The position numbers and the translations under genes were made by a program. Positions 1 to 11,897 of a stretch of 64,000 nucleotides of DNA are shown piece by piece. The stretch is from Eledone cirrhosa. Its lineage: Eukaryota. Positions within the stretch are counted from its first letter, which is position 1, and each line of letters opens with the position of its first letter. The notes beneath the pieces are model-generated. The model was not told the DNA's origin and did not search any database. It was given only the letters and a program-made list of their open reading frames with translations. Location of the stretch: assembly GCA_964016885.1 (NCBI GenBank), contig OZ024766.1:6324001-6388000 (forward strand). The letters run 5' to 3'.

Positions 1-231
1 CCCTGAGTGTATATATATGTGTGTGCATGTATTTATGTGTGTGTGTATATATGCATGTATATATATTAATTTTCTTTGTTTATTTTAAGTCGTCAAATAT
101 GAAATTTGTAGAAATTTGTAGAAAAAACACAAATTTCTACAAATTTCATACTTGACGATCCGATATTTGTGTGTATATATATGCATGTATGTATAAGGGA
201 TATATAATGCTATGACTAATGCAATTAAAAT

Positions 232-660
232 ATACACTCTGCTATATATATAGATATATATACCCTCTAGTATGTATAATGGCTTGTTATTGATAATATA
301 TACACATGTTGCTAGTTATAACATATACACCCTGCTATATATATAGATATATATACCCTCTAGTATGTATAATGGCTTGTTATTGATAATATATACACAT
401 GTTGCTAGTTATAACATATACACCCTGCTATATATAGATATATATACCCTCTAGTATGTATAATGGCTTGTTATTGATAATATATACACATGTTGCTAGT
501 TATAACATATACACCCTGCTATATATATAGATATATATACCCTCTAGTATGTATAATGGCTTGTTATTGATAATATATACACATGTTGCTAGTTATAACA
601 TATACACCCTGTAGTATGTATAATGGCTTGCTATTTATATTATATACACAACATACTAGT
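232..660. repeat. About 92-bp AT-rich tandem repeat (4-5 copies)
   Basis: Recurrent accctctagtatgtataatggcttgttattgataatatatacacatgttgctagttataac. Confidence 0.9.
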
Positions 661-1007
661 TATAATATATGCACCCTGCTAATCTAATATATTGTATATA
701 TAACCTGGTATATATTATATACACTCACTGCTATATAATAAATACACAGCATGCTCTCTCTATCTCTTTCTTGCTTTTACTCTCTCATGTATATATATAC
801 TAGCTGGTCCATCCGGCTGGTGCCCGGCAAGGTATACCAGCATTTTATCTTTTCAGGAATCCCCCCCCCCCCTCCACTCCATTGCAAATATACTACACGC
901 CCTCTCAAGTCAGCGAGGTGGGAGGGTGGTTAACGTGCTCTGATGTTGGGTTTGAATAGTTTTTAGGATTCCCCAGTTCAGCAGCCAGTATGTTAAAGAA
1001 AATTGAA

Positions 1008-1580
1008 TTGGCAGTATCGGTAAAGGGTCGGACGCCATGCTTTGACGCATAGAGTTACGGCCCTTGCCATTCTGAGTTCAAATCCCGCCGAGGTTAACTT
1101 TGCCTTTCATCCTTACGGGGTCGATAAAATAAAGTACCAGTAATGCACTGGGATAATTGCTGGCCTTGTGCCAAAAGTAGAAACAATTATTATTATTATA
1201 TTTTATAAAATAAAGTACCAGTAATACACTTGGATAATTGCTGGCCTTGTGCCAAAAGTAGAAACAATTATTACAGGGTCGATAAAATAAAGTACCAGTA
1301 ATACACTGGGGTAATTGCTGGCCTTGTGCCCCCAAAGGTAGAAAGTTATTACGGGGTCGATAAAATAAAGTACCAGTAATACACTGGGGTAATTGTTGGC
1401 CTTGTGCCCCCAAAAGTAGAAAGTTATTACGGGGTCGATAAAATAAAGTACCAGTAATACACTGGGGTAATTGCTGGCCTTGTGCCTAAAGTAGAAACAG
1501 TTATTACGGGGTCGATAAAATAAAGTACCAGTAATACACTGGGGTAATTGATGGCCTTGTGCCAATAGTAGAAACAAGTA
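1008..1580 (+). mobile_element. tRNA-derived SINE family 2 with tandemly amplified 3' segment
   Basis: TGGCAGTATCGG A-box, GAGTTCAAATC B-box, body aactttgcctttcatccttacggggtcgataaaataaagtaccag. Other copies at about 8417-8800, 25340-25505(-), 28485-28630(-), 32750-32895, 47910-48095 and 51525-51712. Confidence 0.85.
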
Positions 1581-1729
1581 TGTTAAAGGAAATTGATAGT
1601 TACAACAATAAAGGCTGAACAGAGAACACATGTTTTAACAAACAATAATTTGTACAACCATAATGGAAATTCCAAGTAACAGAAAATATTTAAATAACAT
1701 TGTTAGAGCCTCAGAGTATAAAATACTTT

Positions 1730-2752
1730 TGTTCGGCCCTCCAGAGCAAAGATGAAGAGATTGTTTGGCAAGCTCACCCTAGAGCATCCTACATACAATT
1801 GACCATGGGAGAATCACTGATTTCGTAGCTCGTCTCACGGAGATGCTCTGTAGACGTTGACTTCTGGACACTCCTGTTGTTCGGCCCTCCGGAGCAAAGA
1901 TGAAGAGATTGTTTGGCAAGCTCACCCTAGAGCATCCTACATCCAAAAGACCATGGGAGAATCACTGATTTCGTAGTTCGTCTCACGGAAACGCTCTGTA
2001 GACGTTGACTTCTGGACACTCCTGTTGTTCGGCCCTCTGGAGCAAAGATGAAGAGATTGTTTGGCAAGCTCACCCTAGAGCATCCTACATCCAAAAGACC
2101 ATGGGAGAATCACTGATTTCGTAGCTCGTCTCATGGAGACGCTCTGTGGACATTGACCTCTGGACAACTGTTGTTCGGCCCTCCGGAGCTAAGATGAAGA
2201 GAGAGATAGTTTGGCAAGCTCACCCTAGAGCATCCTACATCCAAAAGACCATGGGAGAATCACTGATTTCGTAGCTCGTCTCACGGAGAAGCTCTGTGGA
2301 CATTGACCTCTGGAGCTAAGATGAAGAGAGAGATAGTTTGGCAAGCTCACCCTAGAGCATCCTACATCCAAAAGACCATGGGAGAATCACTGATCTCGTA
2401 GCTCGTCTCACGGAGAAGCTCTGTAGACGTTGACCTCTGGACAACTCCTGTTGTTCGGCCCTCCGGAGCTAAGATGAAGAGAGAGATAGTTTGGCAAGCT
2501 CACCCTAGAGCATCCTACATCCAAAAGACCATGGGAGAATCACTGATTTCGTAGCTCGTCTCACGGAGAAGCTCTGTGGACATTGACCTCTGGACAACTG
2601 TTGTTCGGCCCTCCGGAGCTAAGATGAAGAGAGAGATAGTTTGGCAAGCTCACCCTAGAGCATCCTACATCCAAAAGACCATGGGAGAATCACTGATCTC
2701 GTAGCTCGTCTCGCAGAGAAGCTCTGTAGACGTTGACCTCTGGACACTCCTG
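1730..2752. repeat. About 148-bp tandem repeat (about 7 copies) derived from the Helitron
   Basis: Repeated unit ...ggcaagctcaccctagagcatcctacatccaaaagaccatgggagaatcactgatttcgtagctcgtctc... Confidence 0.9.
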
Positions 2753-3001
2753 TCAGGAGCAGGTAAGCTGTACTGACTTAGAGGCCTACCACCAATCTCC
2801 AGGACACTGTTTTCAAGACAAATGAATGCCTCATTGAAAACGACATTGTATGTTAAGTTTGGATTGTGTCTGCGTGTGCGGTGGAAGATGTCCTCAGCTA
2901 GACTTTCACGGTGGTTGTTCCACAGTGCGAGAGGGTCTATATATAATATAGAAGTGGCTTCTACAGGACTAGAACTGTTCCATTTGAAGGAAATCATCAG
3001 A

Positions 3002-3050
3002 GCTTCCTGATGATTTCTCTGGAATGAAACAGTTCTAGTCCTGTAGAAGC
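3002..3050 (+). ncRNA. Type I hammerhead ribozyme fold (family A)
   Basis: GCUUC-CUGAUGA-UUUC/UCUG/GAAU-GAAA-CAG-uucuaguc-CUG-UA^GAAGC. Stems I and III pair. Confidence 0.75.
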
Positions 3051-3200
3051 CATTTCTATATTAAATATTTATATTCTGCTATGTATTGAGTACCTTACTT
3101 ACTGTGGTTACCCCCGATTGAACCGGGGATACACACACACATATATATATATACACACACACACACATATATACACACACATATACACACACACACATAT

Positions 3201-3257
<57 letters not shown>

Positions 3258-3331
3258 TCTATCCACTCCCCTATCTCTCGCTTTCCCTTTCTCTCCCTCG
3301 TCCTCTTTCTCGCTCTGTCTTTTCTCTCTCA

Positions 3332-3392
<61 letters not shown>

Positions 3393-3407
3393 ATATATAT
3401 GTATATA

Positions 3408-3457
<50 letters not shown>

Positions 3458-3460
3458 TAT

Positions 3461-3505
<45 letters not shown>

Positions 3506-4034
3506 TAAATAAATAATGAATAAACAATTCCTTATATTAAACAAAAAAAGTTCATTATTTAACGATCGTTTCTAGGGTATATATGTGTTATAATTGGTAT
3601 GCATATTCAACAGATCTATGTACAAAATTATACAAAATTATACAAATTATCAAGATTAAATATACATACCTAACACATATATACGCCGTCTTCAGAAATT
3701 ATTTCTGAAGACGGCGTATATATGTGTTAGGTATGTATATTTAATCTTGATAATTTGTATAATTTTGTATAATTTTGTACATAGATCTGTTGAATATGCA
3801 TACCAATTATAACACATATATACCCTAGAAACGATCGTTAAATAATGAACTTTTTTTGTTTAATATAAGGAATTGTTTATTCATTATTTATTTAATATTT
3901 TATCTTGACTCTGTATACCGTTTATCTTTCACCGAAAGTGGATTTTCATTACATCTCTTCTTTCCATGATATCCGGAATACATTGAGTTCTTCATACGGA
4001 TTGGACACTACCGTAAACTCTTGGTAGATTTATC

Positions 4035-4140
<106 letters not shown>

Positions 4141-4150
4141 TATATATGTT

Positions 4151-4181
<31 letters not shown>

Positions 4182-4184
4182 GTT

Positions 4185-4276
<92 letters not shown>

Positions 4277-4325
4277 CATATACATATACATATATATATA
4301 CATATACATATATATATACATACAT

Positions 4326-4394
<69 letters not shown>

Positions 4395-4395
4395 C

Positions 4396-4440
<45 letters not shown>

Positions 4441-4579
4441 CATATATATATATATACATACATACATATATATATATATACATACATACATACATATATA
4501 CATATATATATACATACATACATACATATATATATATATATACATACATACATACATACATATATATATACATACATAC

Positions 4580-4611
<32 letters not shown>

Positions 4612-4621
4612 ATATACATAC

Positions 4622-4653
<32 letters not shown>

Positions 4654-4793
4654 ATATACACATACATATACATCTCTCCATCTCACTTTCTCTCTCCCTC
4701 TCCAACCATGACCAAACCACGGAACCACCAAACAAACCACCAAACCAACAAAAACCACCAAACCACCAACCAAACCAACCAAACCAACTATAG

Positions 4794-4958
4794 CTAACTA
4801 TGGCTACCTGGATTTCTCTGATGTGTGTCACCACTACCTAGGGAAGTTTGGTTTCTACACCTCTATCACCTGCTCCCTGATGTCTCTCGTTGGTGGAATG
4901 ATTGTCTACTGGATCCTTATGAGTAACTTTCTCTACAATACCGTCTCTTTCTTTGTAG
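4794..4958 (+). CDS. SLC38A9: SLC38A9 exon (first exon in window; gene is 5'-partial)
   Basis: tag|CT AAC...GTA G|gtaagt. Encodes [54 protein letters not shown], matching the SLC38A9 motif DVCRHYFG...GAMIVYWVLMSNFLFNT. Confidence 0.93.
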
Positions 4959-5023
4959 GTAAGTCAGATTTGTTACATAACTCTCTCTCTCTATCTCTCT
5001 CTCTCTCTCTCTCTACCCCCCAC

Positions 5024-5060
<37 letters not shown>

Positions 5061-5066
5061 ATGTAT

Positions 5067-5405
5067 GGAGGCACATGGCGTAGTGGTTAGAGCATTGGCC
5101 TTGCAATCGAAAGGTTGCGAGTTCAATTCTCAGACCGGGCGATGTGTTGTTTCCTTGAGCAAGACACTTTATTTCACATTGCTCCAGTTTACTCAGCTGT
5201 AGAAATGAGATGATAGGGACTGGGGTCCCGATCATTCCACTGCAAAGTGGACGTGAAGGTGCCACGGCAAAAAAAGCACCCAGCACTCACTGTAAATGAG
5301 GTTGGTGTTAGGAAGGGCATCCAGCTGTAGAAATCAAGCCAGAATCAGTTCCCGTCCCACCCTTGCTAGCAGGGAAAAGTGGACGTAAAATGAAAGGATA
5401 AATGA
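5067..5405 (+). mobile_element. tRNA-derived SINE family 1 (LINE-like 3' tail)
   Basis: ggaggcacatggc(g/t)tagtggttagagc A-box, gagttcaattc B-box, ccttgagcaagacactttatttcacattgctcc core, tail cccacccttgc(a/t)agcagggaaaagtggacgtaaaatga. Copies at about 7545-8016(-), 10990-11340(-), 13160-13884(-), 18138-18475, 27475-27805(-), 27890-28200(-), 32175-32604(-), 38754-39135, 41226-41550, 61452-61800 and 63850-64000(-). Confidence 0.9.
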
Positions 5406-5508
5406 TATATTTCTAGTGGGACAATTCCCGTCTAAACCCATGCTAGCATGGAAGATAGACGTTAAACGATGATGATGATGATATACCTCTCTCTCTATAT
5501 ATATACCG

Positions 5509-6040
5509 TGGAGGCACGTGGCCTAGTGGTAAGAGTGTTGGACTTACGAACATAAAGGCGTGGGCTTGATTCCTGGGTTGTGTGTTGTTTCCTTGAGCAA
5601 AACACTTCATTTCACGTTGCTCCAGTATACTCAGCTGAAAATGAGTACCAGCAATGGCTGGAGGTTTAACCCTGTGATGGACTGGTGTCCTGTCCAGGGG
5701 AAGTCTTGTACTCTCAGTCACTTAACACCAATGAAACTAAGACAGACTTTAACCCTGTGATGGACTGGTGTCCTGTCCAGGGGAAGTCTTGTACTCTCAC
5801 TCACTTAACACCAATGAAACTAAGACAGACTTTAACCCTGTGATGGACTGGTGTCCTGTCCAGGGGGAAGTCTTGTACTCTCTGTCACTTAACACTAATG
5901 AAACTAAGACAGACTTTAACCCTGTGATGGACTGGTGTCCTGTCCAGGGGGAAGTCTTGTACTCTCAGTTGCTTCATGCCATGAAACCGGGATAAGCACT
6001 GGCCAAATGAGCCTTCTGACTTAAGACAGACTTTAGACTA
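5509..6040 (+). mobile_element. Related tRNA-SINE with 76-bp tandem repeat in its 3' part
   Basis: ggaggcacgtggcctagtggtaagagtg head and ccttgagcaaaacacttcatttcac core, then 4x aaccctgtgatggactggtgtcctgtccagggg. Confidence 0.8.
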
Positions 6041-6110
6041 TATATACCCCCCATCTCACACCACAGTCATCTTATTAATAAAACCTCTTCATTTCTGCTT
6101 CAATTTTCAG

Positions 6111-6134
6111 AATCTCCTGCAAGTAATGCTTCAG
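6111..6134 (+). CDS. SLC38A9: SLC38A9 24-nt microexon (ESPASNAS)
   Basis: Pyrimidine tract, then ttttcag|AATCTCCTGCAAGTAATGCTTCAG|gtgagt. Phase 1-1, fits the frame of the flanking exons and falls in the luminal loop before VLCP. Confidence 0.75.
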
Positions 6135-6499
6135 GTGAGTTCTTATAAATTAATACACACACACACATATTTTTTTTTCCGTTCATTGTCAGGGAACGTC
6201 TTCACGAACCAAAGTATCATCTTCCTGTTTTCCTTCGGTTGCAACGTTTTTTTAGATATTTACTTCTGCGTTCACAGATTGATTTTTTTTTCAGAAGATC
6301 CCATTAAGGGTGAAAGCAGCGATTCTTTGCTTAAACTTTAATCTGTTATTTTGATAAATATTTGCTCTAGGGTTCTTATATATTTGATATATATTTATCC
6401 TTATCGAGCCCTCTTTGGATTTTAGTCTTCACATTTATTATTATTACTACTGTATATATATATATAGAGAATAAAAGAGAAAATACAGGTAAGCATTAA

Positions 6500-6913
6500 A
6501 AAAAGGATTTTATCCAGGTATTTACGACCGTTTCATTGGTAAGCGCAACCTTATATTGCTATACTGCAAATAGCAGCCACTTGATAATAACTGTTATTCA
6601 CCTTCAAATTTTCAAAATAATGCATAAGTTACTTGTAAAAGGTTCTTAATATATAGAAAAAACATTTTTGAGGAATCGTATTTACTAATATAGAGAGAGA
6701 GGAAGGGGGAGAAGAATTAGGAAGTAGTGGGACAAACGTAGATGGGGGGGAGGGGTAAAGATGGAATGATTCCTCGATCAGTTTTGATTCGTAGACTTGA
6801 TGTCAATTTACAGTGTAGGGAGTTAAAGAGAATTAAATTGTTTATAGTGGGAGGGAGAGAGGGGGATGGGGGGAGAGAGAGAGATAAATATATATATAAA
6901 AAAGGGGGAAGAG

Positions 6914-6946
<33 letters not shown>

Positions 6947-7535
6947 GGAAGAGAAGAAAAGAAAACGAAAAAAGAGAAAAGGAATGAAGGAGGAGAGAAG
7001 GACTTAAGTATTGGTTACTGTGGGTAATTAAAGGGGTTAGATTCAATAAGAGGGTAGAAAGTCAAAGTATATGCAGTTTGTCGGGTGGTAGTAGGAGGTT
7101 AAGGGTTCAATTTGCGCTTGTAGTGTGAACATTTTTCTTTAAGTCTATGGTTGCAATAAATTGATCTTTCGATTTTATTGTTGAGTATCTTATTCTTCGA
7201 ACTCAAAATGTGGAACAGCTGAAGGTCACATAACCGACAGCTTCTCATACCACTCCGATATGCAGGCGCATTAGATAATTTTTTCCACTTCAGGGTGTAT
7301 TAATGGTTACTTTCCCTCAGTTGCCAGGTCTTGTTCGCAAGGGTAGTTACATAACGATGCTGGGAATGTTTCATTGCGTAACGGTGTGTATACCAACGGG
7401 CTTTAAATTCATTCCCAGTCGCTCCGATGTAATACCATTTCTGGTTGTCTGATTCGACCGTGCATTGGTAAACCAGGTTAGACTGCATTCATTCATTATG
7501 TAATGGACAGGTGTCAGGTAGGTGGCAGTTACAAT
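6500..7535 (-). mobile_element. Penelope-like element 3' remnant (GIY-YIG endonuclease plus 3' region)
   Basis: NCHLPDTCPL...NLVYQCTV...YYIGATGNEFKARWYTH...TTLANKTWQL...CRLC, the PLE GIY-YIG pattern with frameshifts. Confidence 0.8.
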
Positions 7536-8071
7536 ATATCATCATCATCATCATCATTTTACGTCCGCTTTTCCCTGCTTGCAAGGGTGGGACGGGAACT
7601 GATTCTGGCTTGATTTCTACAGCTGGATGCGCTTCCTAACACCAACCTCATTTACAGTGAGTGCTGGGTGCTTTTTTGCCGTGACACCAACATGACCACT
7701 TTGCAGTGAGTGCTGGGTGCTTTTTTGCCCTGGCACCTTCACGGCCACTTTACAGTGAGTGCTGGGTGCTTTCTTTGCCGTGGCACCAACACGACCACTT
7801 TACAGTGTGGGCTGGGTGCTTTTTTGCCATGGCGCCTCCATGTCCACTTTACAGTGTAATGCTAGGGACCCCAGTCATTTCTACAGCTGAGTAAACTGGA
7901 GTAATGTGAAATAAAGTGTCTTGCTCAAGGAAACAACACATCACCCGGTCTGAGAATTGAACTCGCAACCTTTCGATTGCAAGGCCAATGCTCTAACCAC
8001 TAAGCCATGTGCCTCCAATATATATATATATATATATATATATTTATCTATCTATCTCTCTCTCTCTCTAG

Positions 8072-8305
8072 TACTCTGCCCCAACGCCAACACCACGGGT
8101 CACACCAACTACAGCTACACACACCAGTCTCATCATAACCCCTACAAAGCCTTCAACAGCCTCGAGAGTACCGCAGGGACCAATATGGACCTTTACCACA
8201 AGATCTGGAGCCTAAAGCGTACAGTTCCCGTCTTCCTACTGTTTCTCCTTTTCCCGTTACTCAACTTCAAGTCACCGACTTTCTTCACCAAGTTTAATTC
8301 CTTGG
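8072..8305 (+). CDS. SLC38A9: SLC38A9 exon
   Basis: ctctag|TA CTC TGC CCC...TTG G|gtaag. Encodes VLCPNANTTG...IWSLKRTVPVFLLFLLFPLLNFKSPTFFTKFNSL (cf. RTVPFYL...PLLNFKSPSFFSKFN). Confidence 0.95.
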
Positions 8306-8879
8306 GTAAGTATCTCATCTCATCTCATGTGATGTGGTGGCATTCAATCATTTTCCTCTCGTTTTTTTTTTTTTTTGTCGTATATTTTCTTCCCCCTGCT
8401 TCTTCTTCTTCATCTGGCAGTAGAATCGGTAGAGGGTCGGACGCCATGCTTTTGTGGCACGGAGTTACGGCCCTTTACTGTGTTCTGAGTTTAAACTCCC
8501 TGCCGAGGTTAACTTTGCCTTTCATCCTTACGGGGGTCGATAAAATAAAGTACCAGTAATACACTGGGGTAATTGCTGGCCTTGTGCCTAAAGTAGAAAC
8601 AATTATTATTATTTGCAGGATAGAGTTACGGCCCTTTACTGTGATCTGAGTTCAAATCCTGTTGAGGTTAACTTTTCCTTTCATCCTGACAGGGTCGATA
8701 AAATAAAGTACCAGTAATACACTGGGCTCAATTTAAAATTGCAGGCCTTGTGCTCATTGTAGAAAGCATTATAAAGTACCAGTAATATACTGGGGTTGAT
8801 TTAATTGATATATTGAGCCCCAACAGCCCCATATTTCTATATATTTCAGCTACGATCTCTAACATATTTAATGATTTTC

Positions 8880-9630
8880 ACCAATTGTCTTTGGGTTGTT
8901 AGGCAAGGCCCCTAAGCGTCTTACATCTTTCGTCAATAGCTTTTGGATCCCTGATTTCATAAGCAGTGCCCAAATTACTGACAGAATCTTGCGCCATATA
9001 TTGAGGCTCTAAGATTGGGGTCTGATCTGTGCCCAATTAACATGCTTCACCTAGCAAAATCGTTCAACAAAAAAGCCTTGGGAACCCCAACTTCATAAGC
9101 AGTGCCCAAATTTCTACCATCACGTTATTGCCAGACTCCTGCCTGACCACCATGTAGACACAAAAGTTGTGCCAATCGTCTTTGTGCTGCTAGGCATGGT
9201 CCCTAAACGCCTTACATCATTCAACAAAAGCCTTGGGAACCCCAACTTCATAAGCAGTGCCCAAATTTCTACCATCACGTTATTGCCAGACTCCTGCCTG
9301 ACCACCATGTAGACACAAAAGTTGTGCCAATCGTCTTTGTGCTGCTAGGCATGGTCCCTAAACGCCTTACATCATTCAACAAAAGCCTTGGGAACCCCAA
9401 CTTCATAAGCAGTGCCCAAATTTCTACCATCACGTTATTGCCAGACTCCTGCCTGACCACCATGTAGACACAAAAGTTGTGCCAATCGTCTTTGTGCTGC
9501 TAGGCATGGTCCCTAAACGCCTTACATCATTCAACAAAAGCCTTGGGAACCATAACTTTATAAGCAGTGCCCAAATCTCTACCATCGCTACCATTGCCAG
9601 GCTTCTGCGTAATATATTTACTGAGCCCCA
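8880..9630 (+). mobile_element. R4/Dong-like (REL endonuclease) LINE 3'-end fragments, 155-bp unit tandemly repeated
   Basis: Translates to VVPIVFVLLGMVPKRLTSFNKSLGNHNFISSAQISTIATIARLLRNI, resembling the C-terminal VPIVIGALG...ARILR motif of REL-type non-LTR elements. Confidence 0.65.
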
Positions 9631-9690
9631 GAGATGTTTTACAGCTGGATGCCCTCCCTAACAACAGCCCCATATTTCTATATATTTCAG

Positions 9691-9795
9691 CTACCATCTC
9701 TGTAACATATTTAATGATATTCAGTATCATCAAGGCCTCCCAGTGGGGTATCAACATTGAATTTAAAGTCAAAACCTCTGACCACTACTCACAAA
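9691..9795 (+). CDS. SLC38A9: SLC38A9 exon
   Basis: tttcag|CT ACC...CAA A|gtaag. Encodes ATISVTYLMIFSIIKASQWGINIEFKVKTSDHYSQ. Confidence 0.92.
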
Positions 9796-10375
9796 GTAAG
9801 TTATACCGTCTCTCTGTGTCTGTCTCTCTCTTCCTCTCTCTCTTTCTTTCCCCCCTCTCTCTCTCTCTTGGGGAAAAGGAAACAAGATGAGGAGAAATTT
9901 ACGTATTTACTTAAAACATCCCCTACTGCAGTTTCATTGAGTAAACCTCAGTATTGAGTACTGTGAAAATCTCCATATATATATGTCTATACTTGTGTGT
10001 GTGTATATATAAATATTGTTATACTTGGGGAGGGTCATAATTGTGTAATATTGCCAGAATTAATAACAGAACACACTCACTGTTTGGTTGGTTTTCGCTT
10101 TTCGCTTCTGTGTCTTTTATATCTATATATATGTGTTTGTGTCTATATTATATCTGTATTATTTTTGACCGTTGGTCAGTCAATGGCAACATTGAGGACC
10201 GAATAAATTAGATTACCGATATAAAAGACACAAAAGCGAAAACCAACCAAACAGTGAGTGTGTTCTGTTATTAATTCTGGCAATATTACACAAATATGAC
10301 CCTCCCCAAGTATAACAATATTTGTTTCGACACACGATTTCATATAAAAAACCTCACAAAACTAATTCATCGCCG

Positions 10376-10411
<36 letters not shown>

Positions 10412-10452
10412 AAATGAAAATCCGAAGGCAAGGTAAAATTCCAATCATTTAA

Positions 10453-10530
10453 TCACGACACGTTTCAATAAGAGATAGATATAGATCGATTGTGAAGCCA
10501 TGATTGATTATCACTGATCTCATCAGGTGA
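10453..10530 (-). ncRNA. Hammerhead ribozyme fold with long, weak stem II
   Basis: UCAC-CUGAUGA-...-GAAAC-GU-GUC^GUGA. Confidence 0.55.
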
Positions 10531-10891
10531 AAATGAATTGTCTTCAAATTCTTGATATGAGGGAGAAAAAAACGATGTTCTCTCACAGAATTGAGGGAAT
10601 GAATTCTGTGAGAGAACATCGTTTTTTTCTCCCTCATGTCAAGAATTTGAAGACAATTCATAATCGATCATGGCTTCCCAATCGATCTATCTCTTATTGA
10701 AACATGTCGTGATTAAATGATTGGAATTTTACCTTGCCTTCGGATTTTCATTTTGATACTTATGCTCCGTTTTACATCATCTAGCTGTTCCCTCGAATGG
10801 AATTGGAGATATACAAAAGCGTGGAGAACTTAATATTGCTAACATAAAGTTATTGGACCGTTTTACACAACCAATAATACACCTTACTATA

Positions 10892-10931
<40 letters not shown>

Positions 10932-11451
10932 GGGAGAAAAACACATGTATTCAGTCAGCCATCTTGGATAGTATATATATATATATATATCATTTCATTT
11001 TCATTTCATTTCATTTTACGTCCACTTTTCCCTGCTTGCAAGGGTGGGACAGGAACTGATTCTGGCTTGATTTCTACAGCTGGATGCCCTTCCTAACACC
11101 AACCTCATTTTACAGTGAGTGCTGGGTGCTTTTTTTTTGCCGTGGCACCTCCATGACCACTTTACAGTGGAATGATAGGGACCCCAGTCCCTATCATCTC
11201 ATTTCTACAGCTGAGTAAACTGGAGCAATGTGAAATAAAGTGTCTTGCTCAAGGAAACAACACATCACCCGGTCTGAGAATTGAACTCACAATCTTTCGA
11301 TTGCAAGCCCAATGCCCTAACCACTGAGCCATGTGCCTCCATATATATATATTGGGGGAGAAAAACACATGTATTCAGTCAGCCATCTTGGAGAGTATAT
11401 ATATATATATAATATTAAATAAATGGAAAACTATATTTATAAAACCATATT

Positions 11452-11517
11452 TATTTCATTATATATATTTCGGGGATATCATATTAACAATATGCTATGC
11501 CTTCATCAGACAAAATA
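11452..11517 (-). ncRNA. Minimal hammerhead fold (family B; identical copy at 13996-14061, related copy on + at 45775-45839)
   Basis: UAUUUUGU-CUGAUGA-AGG...CC-GAAA-U-AUAU-A-UA^AUGAAAUA. Confidence 0.65.
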
Positions 11518-11737
11518 CAATATAAACAGTTTTATAGATAAATATATTCGACATACCGTAATATTTATTTCATTATATATATTTTCGGGGAAATATATAT
11601 AATGAAATAAATATGGTTTTATAAATATAGTTTTCCATTTATTTAATATTGTAAATATACTCCAAATATTTGTCGAGTGCTTTTATATCAGTTATAAATA
11701 TTTACTAGTTGTAACCCAACAATTTTAAATATAACCT

Positions 11738-11768
<31 letters not shown>

Positions 11769-11830
11769 CTATATATATATATATATAAATTCAAAATATT
11801 AACAAATATAGACATTCGTGTGATCAAGTA

Positions 11831-11897
11831 TATTTTATTATACATATTTCAGAGGTACTGAGCTATCTTCAACAGTACGTCCTCATCAGATAAAATA
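11831..11897 (-). ncRNA. Minimal hammerhead fold
   Basis: UAUUUUAU-CUGAUGA-GGAcGUACUG...CAGUACcUCU-GAAA-U-AUGU-A-UA^AUAAAAUA, with a perfect 8-bp stem I. Confidence 0.75.

Larger units (their letters stand above)
800..2945 (-). mobile_element. Internally deleted Helitron remnant
   Basis: The minus strand encodes Rep/Hel-like DPLALW...EDIFHR...NEAFICLE...GGRPLSQYSLP...ELLCETSY (2680-2940) and the helicase C-terminus FSHGQLYVGCSRV...GRTKSILYSEAL (about 1705-1822). A Helitron-type 3' end (CCGG...CCGG hairpin then CAGCTAG|T) lies at 800-828. Confidence 0.85.

Noticed and set aside
5067-5140. tRNA gene
   Set aside because: The A/B boxes run straight into a multi-copy SINE body. It is a SINE head, as are the other copies.
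6290-6340. CAGAAGA-UCCC...GGGU-GAAA hammerhead-like family (also about 44640 and 45170)
   Set aside because: The core reads CAGA instead of CUGA and stems I and III do not pair convincingly, so it is at most a degenerate relic.
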